Source: Saprolegnia diclina VS20 (Eukaryota). From it: 64,000 nucleotides of DNA. The DNA is taken from contig NW_008246073.1 in the NCBI RefSeq assembly GCF_000281045.1, forward strand, positions 187,495 through 251,494, given 5' to 3'. The notes under the pieces are model-generated. The model was not told where the DNA came from. It made no database searches and was given only the letters and a program-made list of their open reading frames with translations. Shown in pieces: positions 46,080 to 57,952 of this stretch; position 1 is the stretch's first letter, and every line of letters begins with the position of its first letter. Both the position numbers and the translations under genes were made by a program.

Positions 46080-48435
46080 CTAATCGTCCGACCAGTCGGA
46101 CGCTTCCGACATGGAGAGAGAGTCTTGCCGGTCGCGGAGGCCACGAATGTTCTAGCCATGTAGACATGAGGCATGGCATTTCGAGTATAGAAGATCGTAC
46201 CGCGTCCATGGTCGCAGCCGACTAGATAGTTACAGATACAAAGTGAGTATGATGGATGCTGCGAGTCGATTTGAGGACGTACCGACTTGGGCGGGTCGGG
46301 CTGCTTGATGGGCTCCACCACGGGCTTGGGCTTGACCGGCTCGTCCTTCTTGGTTGCGTTCTTCTCTTGGATCGCCTTGATGCGCGCGAGTGCGTCATCT
46401 TTCTACGACATGTCGCAGGTGAGATATCATTTTGTAGGCGTGCATACGTCATCGCCGAAATTGGACGCCTTGTCGTCGAACCGCTCGTCGTCACTGCCGT
46501 CTTCCGACATGGCAACGGTTGGTAGCTTGCGGGTGCCAGGGTAGTCGGCCATGGGCGGCGGCGGCGGTTGCTGCTGCTGCGGCGGCGTCGGGACTTCCTG
46601 CGCTTTGAGCACCGTGACCTTTTTGAATTGGTCCCGGTCCCGCGAGTTTTCTTCCTTGTCGCCTTTGCCGCTCCATGCATTTTTGAGCCGAGTGAGACGG
46701 TCCAGCACTTCTTGTGGTACGGTGGTCGGCGCCTTGGGTGGCTCGGGGGCGCCGCTGCGCCGCTCGGTCGCATCTGCCTACGCGCACAGTGAGCTTGCTC
46801 CACGTACGAGGACGCGGAGGAACCTTCTTGAGCTTGTTGAGGCTTGCGCTACGGATCGCGTCCATAAGACTTGCCCGGGGGTTGGCCGGCTCGGGCTCGA
46901 CCGGAGGTGGCGGTGGTGCATCGGGCTACACTCAACACCGTATTGGCACCAGGCTGTTGATATCACAATGTGTACCGAAGCCGGCATGTCCATCGGTGGC
47001 GGCGGCGGCGGGGCATCGTCGCCTGTCGGGGGCGGTGGCGGTGGTGGCATCGAACTGCCAATGGTTGGCTCTATTGAAAACACTCAGCACGCGTCATCAC
47101 CTTTGCTGCCTTGGTATGTACCCGGTGCATCGAATTTGAGGGACGGCGGTGGCGGAGGCGGCGGCGGCGTCATGTCCGATGGCCCGAGGGCCGTGGCACC
47201 TTCCACATGCCGCTCGATCGCGGTCGGGCCGGTGGCAAATTCAGGCAGCGTCGGGAGCTCAATCATGTTTTGCATCGACGGCGCAATCGACTGGATGCCC
47301 GACGTGTCGACTTGCACGTCGGTCGTGACGAGGCCCTTGAGCGGCAAGTCTGTTGGTAGCTTCTCGGAAAAGGCGGGCATCGAGCCCGGCTTGGGGCGGT
47401 AAATGTCGGTCGGCATGTTGCTGTAGTCGATGCCGGCGCCGCGGTTGATGACCGTGTCGGGCGCGGCCGCGAGTTGCTTCTTTTGCTCTTCTTCGCCTTC
47501 AAATTCCGTACCAAAGAGGTTGTCCACGAGCACATACTACAAATATTGGACAAGTTGTCCATCACGTAGCACTGTAGAGCGTACGTTTTGGTACGGCGTC
47601 TCGCTCGAGTTGAAGAGGAGGACGCCGCCGACGGTGGGCACTTGGCCTGGGAGCGAGCCGAGCCCTTCCTACACCCAATATGCGTATCGATCGACATTAA
47701 GAAGACCAGTGCGTACCTCCTTCATAATGTCTTCGGCCTTGCGCGTCGCCTTGAAGGTGTTGACACGTTCAAACAAATCGACGACCTCGGCCATGAGCTG
47801 CGCACGCTGCCCGGCCGTCGGCGGCTCCTACGCCACTGTGTCATGCACCATCGACAATCGGATGCAACGCACGGAGGGCAGGAAGTGCGTCGCTTCGAGC
47901 TCGGCCGTCAACGGCGGTGTCTCTTCGTATGGCTTGTCGCTGTACAGCCCCTTCATCGCCGGCAGCACTGGCATACAGCATGAGCGCCACTACCCAGATG
48001 AAGAGACATACCCTTGGGCGCCGGGTATTTGGCCGTTGAAAAGACCGTCGTGGCCTTGTTGGTCGTGCCACGCTCTACGTATCGATCCTGCCATACCTGC
48101 TCGCAGCTGGCGTGGCCTACCTGTGACGGCGTTGACTTTGGCCTGGCAGGCCGCGATTCTCTACACGCCCAGCATGAGCCACAAGGCCCTGACCATGGCC
48201 ACGTACAGCGTCGATCGCTTTGACGCGATCCTTCTCGGCTTGGACCTAGGCAGCGCACATGCATGAGCGGTGCTGGAGATGGTGCAGATGGGCGTACGCG
48301 CAGCGAGATGCGCTCAAAGACATCGGCGACGACAGTATCCAGGTGTATAAGCTGGCGCACGACGTCCTTGGCGACGAACGGCTTCTTGAGGTCCTCGAAG
48401 ACGCGCTCGACGCAGTAGACCTGCGCGCTCTGCAT
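46080..48435 (-). CDS. WASHC1: WASH complex subunit 1 (WASH1), multi-exon
   Basis: WAHD-like N-terminus (KATTVFSTAKYP; LLFNSSETPY), poly-Pro tracts, WH2 (MDAIRSASLNKLKKV), spliced acidic end SEASDWSDD*. Confidence 0.88.
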
Positions 48436-48814
48436 CTTGTCCGTGTCTGACGCCACGACGTTGGTCGCATCCGGATACCAAAGCCGGATACGGATCGCCC
48501 CACACTGCGCTGTCTAAACACACACCTCCTTACGGTTGCTACTGTGCGAAAAACCCAGCAACACGACCTGCACTCTTGGTCACACACATTCTTGTTCTCG
48601 GCAACAAGAGTTCAACGTGCAGCGGCAAGGCTTGTATTGTCCTTATGCAAGAGATACGACTGACAGCTAGTCGTCGTCCGACCATTCGGAAGCCTCGGAA
48701 AGCGACAGCGACGAGCCGCGTGTCAAATCGGGGCACCGCAGAATCGGCACCGGATAGAGTCGCAGTGGTGATCGGCTTCTCGCGACCACGGGGCTTCGAC
48801 GGTGTAGCTCCAAG

Positions 48815-49793
48815 CTACGACGACGGGTGCGCTAGTGAAAAGTCTGGTGAAAACGCCAGGCAAGTGGAGATACTTAGCGTACACTGCGCGTGCATTTCGG
48901 TACGCGCTTGCGAATTGCAGCGAGGAGCTCTGCGTGGGCCGCCTACAAGCAGCAAGTGAGGCATAAACGTGGCAAGGGGTCGGCGCACGGGGTGAAAGGT
49001 GGGTTGCGTGCGCTGGACAAGAAGAAAATCAAAGTCGACCACCGCCTTATCGTCATTGTCTTGGGTTCCATCGTCGTCGACCTGCGAGCATTAAATGAGC
49101 GACAATGTATGGAAATCGAGATTACCTCGTCGACAAGATCGCTCCAGTCACTCTCCACGTCGCTGTCCTCATCGTCCACGTCCTCGTCCGCACTCGCCCC
49201 GTGCACGTTGAAGCTTGTCTCTGCAGTCCAGTAATCCTAGCCATGACATATCATATCGCGTCGTCTTATGAATCTCGCTCGTACCGCGTATGTTGGCCGC
49301 GTTGGTCGAAACATTAACATTAAATCCCGAATCACGCTTTCTTGGATTGAACGTGGCGGTGGCAGGACCACCTAGAAACACCCGTATGACGCCTTGATAT
49401 CCAACGCTGATGGTTACGACCTTCTTCAAGCTGTCGCGATCAAAGCGAGCGATGTCTGCGAGGAGGCCGCCTTCGGGTTGCGCGCCCGAACACATGCTTG
49501 CCGCTGGACGACTCGACGATGCGTCGCCGACCTCCTCGATGCTTCCCACATCGTACAAGATGTCCGTGGTCGCAAATGTTGTTTGCAAACGTGAACGATC
49601 CACCAAATCATTTAGCCGATCGTAGATGCTCTCTTGGATGGAGCGTTGCGGCGGCACTGCAAGCACCTAGTCGAATCGCGGGTGTGATGCTTGATGCAAG
49701 GTTGTTTGTTCGTACCTGGGCAAGGCTGCCTTGATCAAAGTCAGCAATGGCCTTGCGCAGGGCTTTAGGCATAAGATGGTACGTTGGTTCCAT
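48815..49793 (-). CDS. Hypothetical protein with two thymosin-beta/WH2-like repeats and an acidic Trp motif (at least 5 exons)
   Basis: Exons 49793-49716, 49666-49421, 49371-49285, 49236-49126 and 49081 onward join in frame via 44-49 nt GT-AG introns; the 3' end is uncertain. Confidence 0.7.
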
Positions 49794-49946
49794 GTTGGCA
49801 GCTTGCGTCAAATTTGATTGTGCAGATTGCGGGATTGTGGTCGCCTGACCGTATCTTTGCGTGTCTTTTCCGGATAAAGGCAAGTTGGGTGTTTTCCGAG
49901 CGATCATGGAATACCGTTATTTTCATCTTCGCGCCAGTCTGTTGCG

Positions 49947-52900
49947 ATGACCAAGAAGCGCAAACCCGCGCCACCGGTGGTGGATCCTGCGATGGCGCCC
50001 TGGCTCCAGCGCTTTACGCTTCTCGACAGCAGCTACTGCTTCCTCGCCAACAAGAAGGCGCTGACGTCGCTCAAGAACGTGCTCAATCTCGCCGCCCACC
50101 TCTCGGGGTCGTCCACGACGCTGCTCGAGAGCCACGTACGGCAAATGGCCTCCATTGGCGTCGTTCACGTCGTTACCAAGGCATCGGACAAGGTGATCGC
50201 CCAAGGTATTGCCCACTCATTTCACTAAATGTGCCTTATTTGCTTTTTCTTAGATGAGTTTAACCCAACCGAACCCCCCGAGACGGTTGAGATGGTCGAG
50301 TTCAAGGACGTACCCCACGCGAGCAAACGCGGGAGCACCAAACGCCTTGAACTGTTTACGGCAGCGCTCGCCGCCTTTGACGTGGCAATGAACCCTGTGC
50401 CCGAGTACACGCCACCCCCGAAGCGTGTCAAAGCAGTTCCGACCTGGGCCCATGAGGCGGCGACCGCAGAGACCGTGGATGCGTGGATCCAGGCACTGGT
50501 CACGAGCTCGTTCTACTCGGGCCAGCTCGTGCACGTCGAGCGGCTCCCGGCGCGTGCGGCGGCATACGGTCCCACGCCACTGGCTCAGATGCCATTGGCG
50601 CCGTCGCTCGTTGCGTCGCTGCACATTGAGAAGCTGTACGCCCACCAGGCCACCGGCATTGACGCGCTCTTGAACGGACACCACGTGGCGATCTCGACGT
50701 CGACGTCGAGCGGCAAGTCGATGGTTTACAACATCCCGGTCGCCAACAGTCTGTTGACCGAGGCGGTTTCCACCCACTTGTACCTCTTCCCGACCAAAGT
50801 AGGCATCTCGTCATCCATGGCACACGAGAGGAAGCTACATCGCTCTCTCTAGGCGCTCGCGCAAGACCAGATGCAGTCCCTCCGGTCGTTTCTCGTGCGC
50901 TGTGGCCTCCCGCCGTCCATTTGTGCCACCTACGTAGGTTGCAATTTGGCGAAAGACCCTAGCCCTAAGCGACACTCCAACGATAGGACGGTGACACGAC
51001 GCACCCGGAACGCACGGCGATTCGCAAGTCGGCGCGTGTCTTCTTGACCAACCCAGACATGCTGCACGTCACGATCCTTCCCCAGCACAAGACGTGGGCT
51101 TCAATCCTCACAAGCCTTCGGTATGTTGCACCTTAAAAATGGCCAAAAATGAAGTTGACACGCCTGGCTAGGTACATTGTGATCGACGAAAGCCACATGT
51201 ACCGCGGCCTCTTTGGCTCGCACGTGGCGTGGACTCTACGACGCCTTCGGCGGCTCTGTGCGCTGTACGGCAGCCGGCCCCAAGTCGTGTGCTGTTCGGC
51301 GTCGATCCACAACCCCGAAGAGCATTTCCGCTTTCTCGTGCCGCCCATAAACAGCGAGATGCCGGCTCGACCGCTCACGCTCGTGCCGCATTCCGCCGAC
51401 GGATCGCCGAGTGGACCCAAAGCTTTTCTCATCTGGAACCCGCTCGCCCACGACGACAGCGCACCCGACGCGTCCAACAGCGCCATCTTTCAAGCCGGCC
51501 AGATCCTCTCGGTCCTCGTGCAGAAGGGAGTGCATACGATTGCATTTTGCCGCGTATCGTCTTTATCACGCCCGGAGACGGCGACAGAGGTTCATAAGCT
51601 TGTGACTAGGGCCGCAAGCTGACCGAGCTCGTCCTGGACTATACGCATACGCAGCTGCGCAAGGCCAAGCAGTTTGCATTGGTACAGCGCGTCAAGGCGT
51701 ACCGCGGTGGCTACACGGCCGACGACAGGCGTGCGATCGAAGCCAACCTCTTTCGAGGCGACCTCCTCGGCGTCGTTGCCACGAATGCGCTTGAGCTTGG
51801 CATTGACATTGGGAATCTCGAATGCACCTTGCACATTGGCTTTCCGTCGTCGGTCTCGTCCTTGTGGCAGCAGGCCGGTCGCGCCGGGCGCAGCGGCAAG
51901 GTACCTTTTCGAACGCGTGAAAACCCGTCGAAAGTCAGCGGCGTAGGACTCGCTCGCGGTGCTTCTTGGCTTTAGCTCGCCGCTGGACCAATACTACCTC
52001 AAGACCAAGAAGCGTTGCGCGACGCTGTTTACAAAGGACTTTGAGTCGGCTGTGCTCGATCCGCTCAACCTCCACGTCATGGCCGCGCATCTCCAGTGCG
52101 CGAGCTTGGAAATGCACTTGTTCTCAACCAAGTGCGGTACCGAGACCATTGATCGGTACCCCTACCCCTACAAAACAACAGCGAGCATTTCTTAGATCGG
52201 TGTTTCCGCCCGAAGCCGACGCGGTGCTCGCCTCGCTCGTCGCCCGTGGTCGACTGCAGCGCCGCGACCAGTTTGGCTATCAAGTGCCGGCACTCCTTGC
52301 CGACGACGTCCGCACAACGACCAAGAACATTCGTCAAATGGGCGGTGACGACTACAGCGTAGGATCCTCGTTTCGCGCTCCGAGGAAGAAGCAGCACTCG
52401 CGGTGTAGGTGGTCGAAGGCGAGAAGGTGCTCGACACGCATCCGTCCGATAAGGTCTTCTTCACACTCTACCCGGGAGCCGTGTACCTCTTCCAAGGCCG
52501 CGAATACATCGTCACCAAGGTCGACACGGAGGCCAAGCTCGCGTTCGTCGTACGCTCAAACAAGCGACTCACTTACTACACGGCCGCGCGGGACTTTACC
52601 GATGTCAACGTCTCGCTGCCGTTCCCGCGCTCAGACCCGCCGTACCACCCAAGCGTGCACTTGGGGCGCGTCTCGGCCGCAACGCACGTCGTGGGCTGTC
52701 ATCGCATTGAGAAGCGGACGCAAATGAAGACGGGGCTCGTCGAGTTTTCGCTGCCGCCAATGGATGCGACGGGCCACGGCGTCTGGGTCGATGTGCCCGA
52801 AGCTCTTCTATCGCAGCTGCCGCGCGAGACACACCGACATGCGGTCCATGGGGTCAACCACCTCGTCCTCGCTGTGATCCCGCTCTTCGTGCTCATCGAC

Positions 52901-53296
52901 CCCAGTGACGTGCACACGGAGCACGCCAACTTCAACGAGACCCGCGCGCGGTATGTCGCTGCGAAAATATGAAGTAGAACGTGCGACTGGTGTAGGCCGA
53001 CGCGCGTGATCTTGTACGAGTCGCACGACGGCGGTGTCGGGATCGTGTCGCGGATTGCGCGCTGCCTCCCTGAGGTACGAATGGTTTGCTTCTTGACGGT
53101 TGGTAGAAGGGAGATGTGGTAGATCCTTGCGTGTGCCAAGGAGATCCTGGACGGGTGTGCGTGCGAGAAGGGGTGTCCGTCGTGCATTCAGTCGGCGACG
53201 TGCTCCGAGTACAATGGCGCGCTGGACAAAGCTTCGTCCAAGCTCATGCTCGACTTCCTTCATTCGATGCTCTCAGCGCACGACTCGCCAAAGTAA
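49947..53296 (+). CDS. HRQ1: Hrq1/RecQ4-like (MrfA/DUF1998) DEAH-box helicase, multi-exon
   Basis: [55 protein letters not shown]-terminal [11 protein letters not shown]. Confidence 0.9.
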
Positions 53297-53496
53297 CCAG
53301 ACTGGGGCGCGGTGACGACACAGTAAACTTCTTGAAAATGAGGCTATCTCGAAGGTGCCCCAGTGGGATCGATACTTTGCCATCCCGTACCCTTCCATTG
53401 GCCCATGATTTTATACCGGTAAGATTATCGTCATACTTGGTCTACAACCACCAAGAGCTGTCGCTGAGAGCAAACACCCGATATACACACTACTAG

Positions 53497-54950
53497 CTAC
53501 GGACGCCGGGGCGACTTCCTTCGATGGTCGTCTTTGGTNNNNNNNNNNNNNNNNNNNNNNNNNNNNNNNNNNNNNNNNNNNNNNNNNNNNNNNNNNNNNN
53601 NNNNNNNNNNNNNNNNNNNNNNNNNNNNNNNNNNNNNNNNNNNNNNNNNNNNNNNNNNNNNNNNNNNNNNNNNNNNNNNNNNNNNNNNNNNNNNNNNNNN
53701 NNNNNNNNNNNNNNNNNNNNNNNNNNNCACGCATCAAATATGAGGTTTGCCGTCTTCTTTTATGGTGCGTACGGGGCGACGACCGGCGGCGGAACCGATA
53801 CGACGGCGTATCTTCTACCGGGGTTGCAAATGGGTGGAGGTAGTTGCAGTCGCGCCCGCGCGTACACCGGCGTTGTTGGTAGAGCCCGCAGATGCCTTGG
53901 GCCCACGAATCCATGGGCACGAGCGTCGGGTAGAGCTGCTTTCCCGCATAGAATCGGCCAAAGAGAGCGTGGACCGCGGCGGCGGCGTGGGCTTCGGTTT
54001 GGTACTCGACGTACACGTTGCCTCGCAGGTGTGGCGCCAAGTTGCAGCATGTCTAGTCTCATTGATACATTGAAAGAGCGATGGAGAAGAATGTTGTATG
54101 GACCGTGAGCTGCACGACAAAGCCAAATTTGAGAAATTCGGCGAGCACGTCGTTGTAAAACTCGGCGTATGCGCGACGCAGCTGCTTCTCGTCGATCTAC
54201 GCGGCGCCTTAGTACATGTATATGCGAAATGAATGTACTTCGAGCGCATCATCCGCCGCCAGCTGGATCGCATGCATGCCCTAAGCCAAGGCGACGGTAT
54301 GATGGGGCATTGATCTCGACGCAACAAACCTGGACAAGCAGGAAGCGACTCGACGTGACGGGAGTATGGTAGCGTGTACAGTTGGCGCCAAAGCGACAGG
54401 TGCCTGTCCGCGCATAGAACGCGCAGACCACCTCGCGTTGCTACGCTCATCATGAGGACGGGATTGACAGGAACATGATGCGCATATGTACCTTCTCGGG
54501 CGACATTGACGCGAGCACTTGCGCACGATGCTTTTCGTCTGCCTACAGCGTCGCCTATGAGCTTGACGTGGATTAGTGACGTGTGCGTGCCTCCTCTCGC
54601 TCGAGTCGGAGGCTCTCCATGGCCTCGGCGCGCTCCTTCTCTGCCGCTTCGATCTCCATCTTCTCTTGCTCGACTTGCTGCTTGATGGATTCCATGAGGC
54701 GCTGGCGCTCGGCGAGGATGCGCTGCCGCTTGGCAAAGGCAGCGTCGGCCGTCGCGTTCGCTGTGATCCATGCAGCATGGACCCGTTGCGTGTTCTCCTC
54801 GTTGGCCATGTACTCGGCCTCGAGGGCTTCCTTCGTGCTAGCCTCGCAGCCTTCGTGCAGGACGCTGTGTAGGTCCTCCTCGAGCTGCCGCTGGAGCCTG
54901 CGCTTCCGGCGCTTGAGCGCGTTCTTGGCTCGGGTCCGGGTCGTGGCCAT
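53497..54950 (-). CDS. ZRSR2: U2AF35-related splicing factor ZRSR1/2-like (CCCH-RRM-CCCH), interrupted by an assembly gap
   Basis: Coiled-coil N-terminus, CAFYARTGTCRFGANCTRYH, HLRGNVYVEY, GRFYAGKQL, ICGLY..CTRGRDCNYLH, Arg/Ser-rich tail. Confidence 0.85.
53539..53727. other. Assembly gap (189 N)
   Basis: Run of n characters. Confidence 1.
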
Positions 54951-55106
54951 CAGGATTTATTGGGATTGGTCGCGCGTGAAACCGGTTGCGTGAACCGGTT
55001 TATTGCCTCCGGCGTCCCGATTGGCTAAAATCACAGTACAAAAGATCGCCACCATTGTGGACCAAGCCGGATGACGACGATGCGAAGCGATCGCCGGGGC
55101 CGACGC

Positions 55107-55583
55107 ATGCTGCGGCCATGGAGCGAGCCGACCGAGGAAGCCGAGTTGCAGCGCGAGTACCCGTACGTGGACCTCTACGTCCGGGCGACGCGGCAGATGA
55201 TCGGCCTCGACGCGCCCGACCCGGCGCCATGCAGCTCGACCGGGTTGTACCTGCGGCCGATCCAGCACGACGCGGTGCGACGCCAGCTTGAAGACGACAA
55301 AGTCAAGATCCCCAAGGACATGAAAAGGGATGACGTTCAAGCCAAGACGGTGCGCACGATCGAGATGTACCTCGGCCACCTCGCGATCATCATGGACGAG
55401 CACGTCTGTGTCACGACGCTGCCTCGGTCCTTTGCCGAGCTCATGGAGACCGTCGCGTCCCTTCGGCCCAACCAAGACCGTGTCTGGTCCCACCATGAAG
55501 CGCTGCCACGCTTTGTGATCCACGACGAGCTCTCGTACCTCTGCTTCACCAACACCCACGTCCGCTTCGTCTACATCTTCTAG
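55107..55583 (+). CDS. Hypothetical protein, tandem paralog 1 (PB1/beta-grasp-like C-terminus)
   Basis: GC3-rich ORF; HL.I...LP.SFA.L...RP.QDRVW...I..ELSY..F motif shared with its neighbours. Confidence 0.75.
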   Translation: MLRPWSEPTEEAELQREYPYVDLYVRATRQMIGLDAPDPAPCSSTGLYLRPIQHDAVRRQLEDDKVKIPKDMKRDDVQAKTVRTIEMYLGHLAIIMDEHVCVTTLPRSFAELMETVASLRPNQDRVWSHHEALPRFVIHDELSYLCFTNTHVRFVYIF

Positions 55584-56152
55584 TGCATCTTGCCTTGCTC
55601 TTCTGCATGCACCCACCGAAACCAATGCAACAAGTGTTGTGTCTTCCTCGGGTCGTCTTTGCATTGATGGTTCCTCGACTGCAACATGTTGGTGGTGTCA
55701 ACTTCAACCGCGGTGCGATCGTCGCCAGCGGCCAACCTTCATACGCTATCGGTTGGAAGAACCTCGGAGCGAAGCCCTCGCGTGTAGCTGCACATGACCT
55801 CGAAAGGCTCTTCCCAAGGAAGACGAGCACCGCTTGAACGAAGGACTGCAACCCGGCAAGCGATTCGAACCGACGAAGACGCCAAGTTAACCGGTTATTC
55901 TGCATCTTCTCTCGTCGTACTGAGTGCTCGGCTGAGCATTGCTCGTTTGTATATCGCGCTTCGTACTATATGGAGAGATCACAGCTCGTTCGCGCGTAGT
56001 GCGGGAACAGCGGTTCGCAAGGAACCTTCAACGAGTAGCATGTAACGTCGACGCGCGGTTCGAGATTAGCCGGTTAATTTTCCAAACCGGCGGGAAAAAC
56101 CGGTTCGGTGCGCAAAGATCGCCAGCAATGCCATTTTTGCCACGTCCCGAGC

Positions 56153-56746
56153 ATGAAGCGCTACATGCGGCAGAGCTTGGCGCCGACGCGCTCGGACAAG
56201 CAAATCGAAAATCTCGTGCAGGCCGTCTCCATGATGGACGTCAACGTACTCGAGAAGCTCATGGCAAAGGTGGCCATCGTACGCCCCGCCAACGAAGGGC
56301 TGCCGTCCTCGGAGGAGGCCGCGGGAAAGGCCGTCCTCCTGCACAATCTCGCGCCGGCAAAGGAAACGACGGCTTCGTCCGGCGACATCCTTGGCACCAT
56401 GCTCAAGCAACGTGGCATCCCCATTCTCGACGGCTACATCACTCTCACGGACGACTTCAACCTCCAGGACGTCGCGTCCATGGTCGAGGCCGCCCGCCTC
56501 GAGGCGCTCTGTGCCCGCGTGCGCGACATCATGTACGAGCACCTTACGATCCACGTCGGGCGCGTCACATCCATCGTGCCCCTGCCCACCTCCTTTGCCG
56601 CGCTCCTCGACGTCGTAAACACGATCCGCCCCGACCAAGACCGCGTCTGGTTCGATAGCAGCGCCCAGCCGCGCTATCTCATTCACAGCGAGCTCTCGTA
56701 CCAGTACTTTGTGACGTCCCGGCGCCGTGAAGTGTACCTCGACTAA
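56153..56746 (+). CDS. Hypothetical protein, tandem paralog 2
   Basis: GC3-rich ORF; HLTIHVG..LPTSFAALL..RPDQDRVW..IHSELSY; also LKQRGIPILDG. Confidence 0.78.
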   Translation: MKRYMRQSLAPTRSDKQIENLVQAVSMMDVNVLEKLMAKVAIVRPANEGLPSSEEAAGKAVLLHNLAPAKETTASSGDILGTMLKQRGIPILDGYITLTDDFNLQDVASMVEAARLEALCARVRDIMYEHLTIHVGRVTSIVPLPTSFAALLDVVNTIRPDQDRVWFDSSAQPRYLIHSELSYQYFVTSRRREVYLD

Positions 56747-57263
56747 GTGGCCTCGATCCCACGACCTCGAACGCCGCCACTATCTATTCTGCGTCAACCT
56801 CGAAAAACCAAGTCCTTTCTACTCGTATGTTTGTCGCACTCGGTGCATAAGATCTTGTCGTTCACACGTCGATGCGAAGGATACATGGCGGGGGTATCAC
56901 GACAACAAAGGTTCGACAACAACACTGGTACTACGACGGCAGCGACAGTTCTAGTACTGTATATGTACTACTCTGCTCAGGCTCACTGCTCAGGCTCAGC
57001 AATCCGTCGTCCATACGACTGTCATACCTACTGCCGTCCAGCGCAGGCAAGAAGGGATAGCGCATGGAATAGCGGCCATTGGCGTGCAGCGATCGATCCT
57101 TGAGCAAGCGTTCAGCAAACACGCCTGAGTGACGCGAGCGAGTGGAATTGCCTCAGGGTTTGCCTGGCTGCCAAATGGAGCCAGCTCCGCCTGTTTGTGT
57201 GTGTAACCGGCTAACCGATCGGTTAAAGATCGCCATCAGTTGCAAATTTGCATTCCCGAGCGC

Positions 57264-57728
57264 ATGGCACCGTCGCCAAAGGGCTGGAACGACCAAGGCG
57301 AGTCGCACGCGGCCATGCAGACGATTGCCAAGACGGTCGTCATGGAGGCCCTCCGGCGCCATGGCGTCCCCGTGCTCGACAACGGCGTCTTTGTGCAGCC
57401 GCCCTCGATCTCGGACGCGCAGGTCGACCGCCTCGTTCCCGTGGCAGAGCGACTTGTCGAGAAAGCACTTGACGACGTCAGCAAGCTCCTCGGCCCGCGC
57501 TTGCCGTACCCGAGCCCGCTCAACCACTTGATCGTGCACGCTGGTACGATCGGCTACAGCCTCGCGCTGCCCGGGTCGTTTGCCAAACTGCTGCACTTTC
57601 TCTTCAAGGTGGCTCCCATGCACCGGACAATCTTTTACCGCTACAACTTTACCATCAAGCAGATCACGTGCGAAGCCGACTACCTTGAGTTCGTCCTCGC
57701 CCACACGCACGAAATCTTCGTGCGGTAG
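57264..57728 (+). CDS. Hypothetical protein, tandem paralog 3
   Basis: GC3-rich ORF; LRRHGVPVLDNG; HLIVHAG..LPGSFAKLL..ITCEADYLEF. Confidence 0.75.
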   Translation: MAPSPKGWNDQGESHAAMQTIAKTVVMEALRRHGVPVLDNGVFVQPPSISDAQVDRLVPVAERLVEKALDDVSKLLGPRLPYPSPLNHLIVHAGTIGYSLALPGSFAKLLHFLFKVAPMHRTIFYRYNFTIKQITCEADYLEFVLAHTHEIFVR

Positions 57729-57952
57729 GCCTCCGACGTAGCGGCGTTCACCTCGGCAGGACCACCAAATGAATGAATACAGATCTTATTTACACCCTAC
57801 CGGTATGTACGCGGGACGCTCGTGATGGTTGCTGCAAGCGATGGTGCTTTGGCGGCGCTCGTCGACAGGTCAGAGCTGCAACACGTGTCATCATCATACA
57901 TGTATATTATCGAGCTGGTCCGATCCACACATCGGTCGCAAACATAGGACGC

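Noticed and set aside
20607..49793. RME-8, WASH1 and a flippase in one window as an endosomal gene cluster
   Set aside because: They are separated by many unrelated genes; chance co-location cannot be excluded without synteny data.
53411..54108. ORFs with long X runs
   Set aside because: Artefacts of the N gap.
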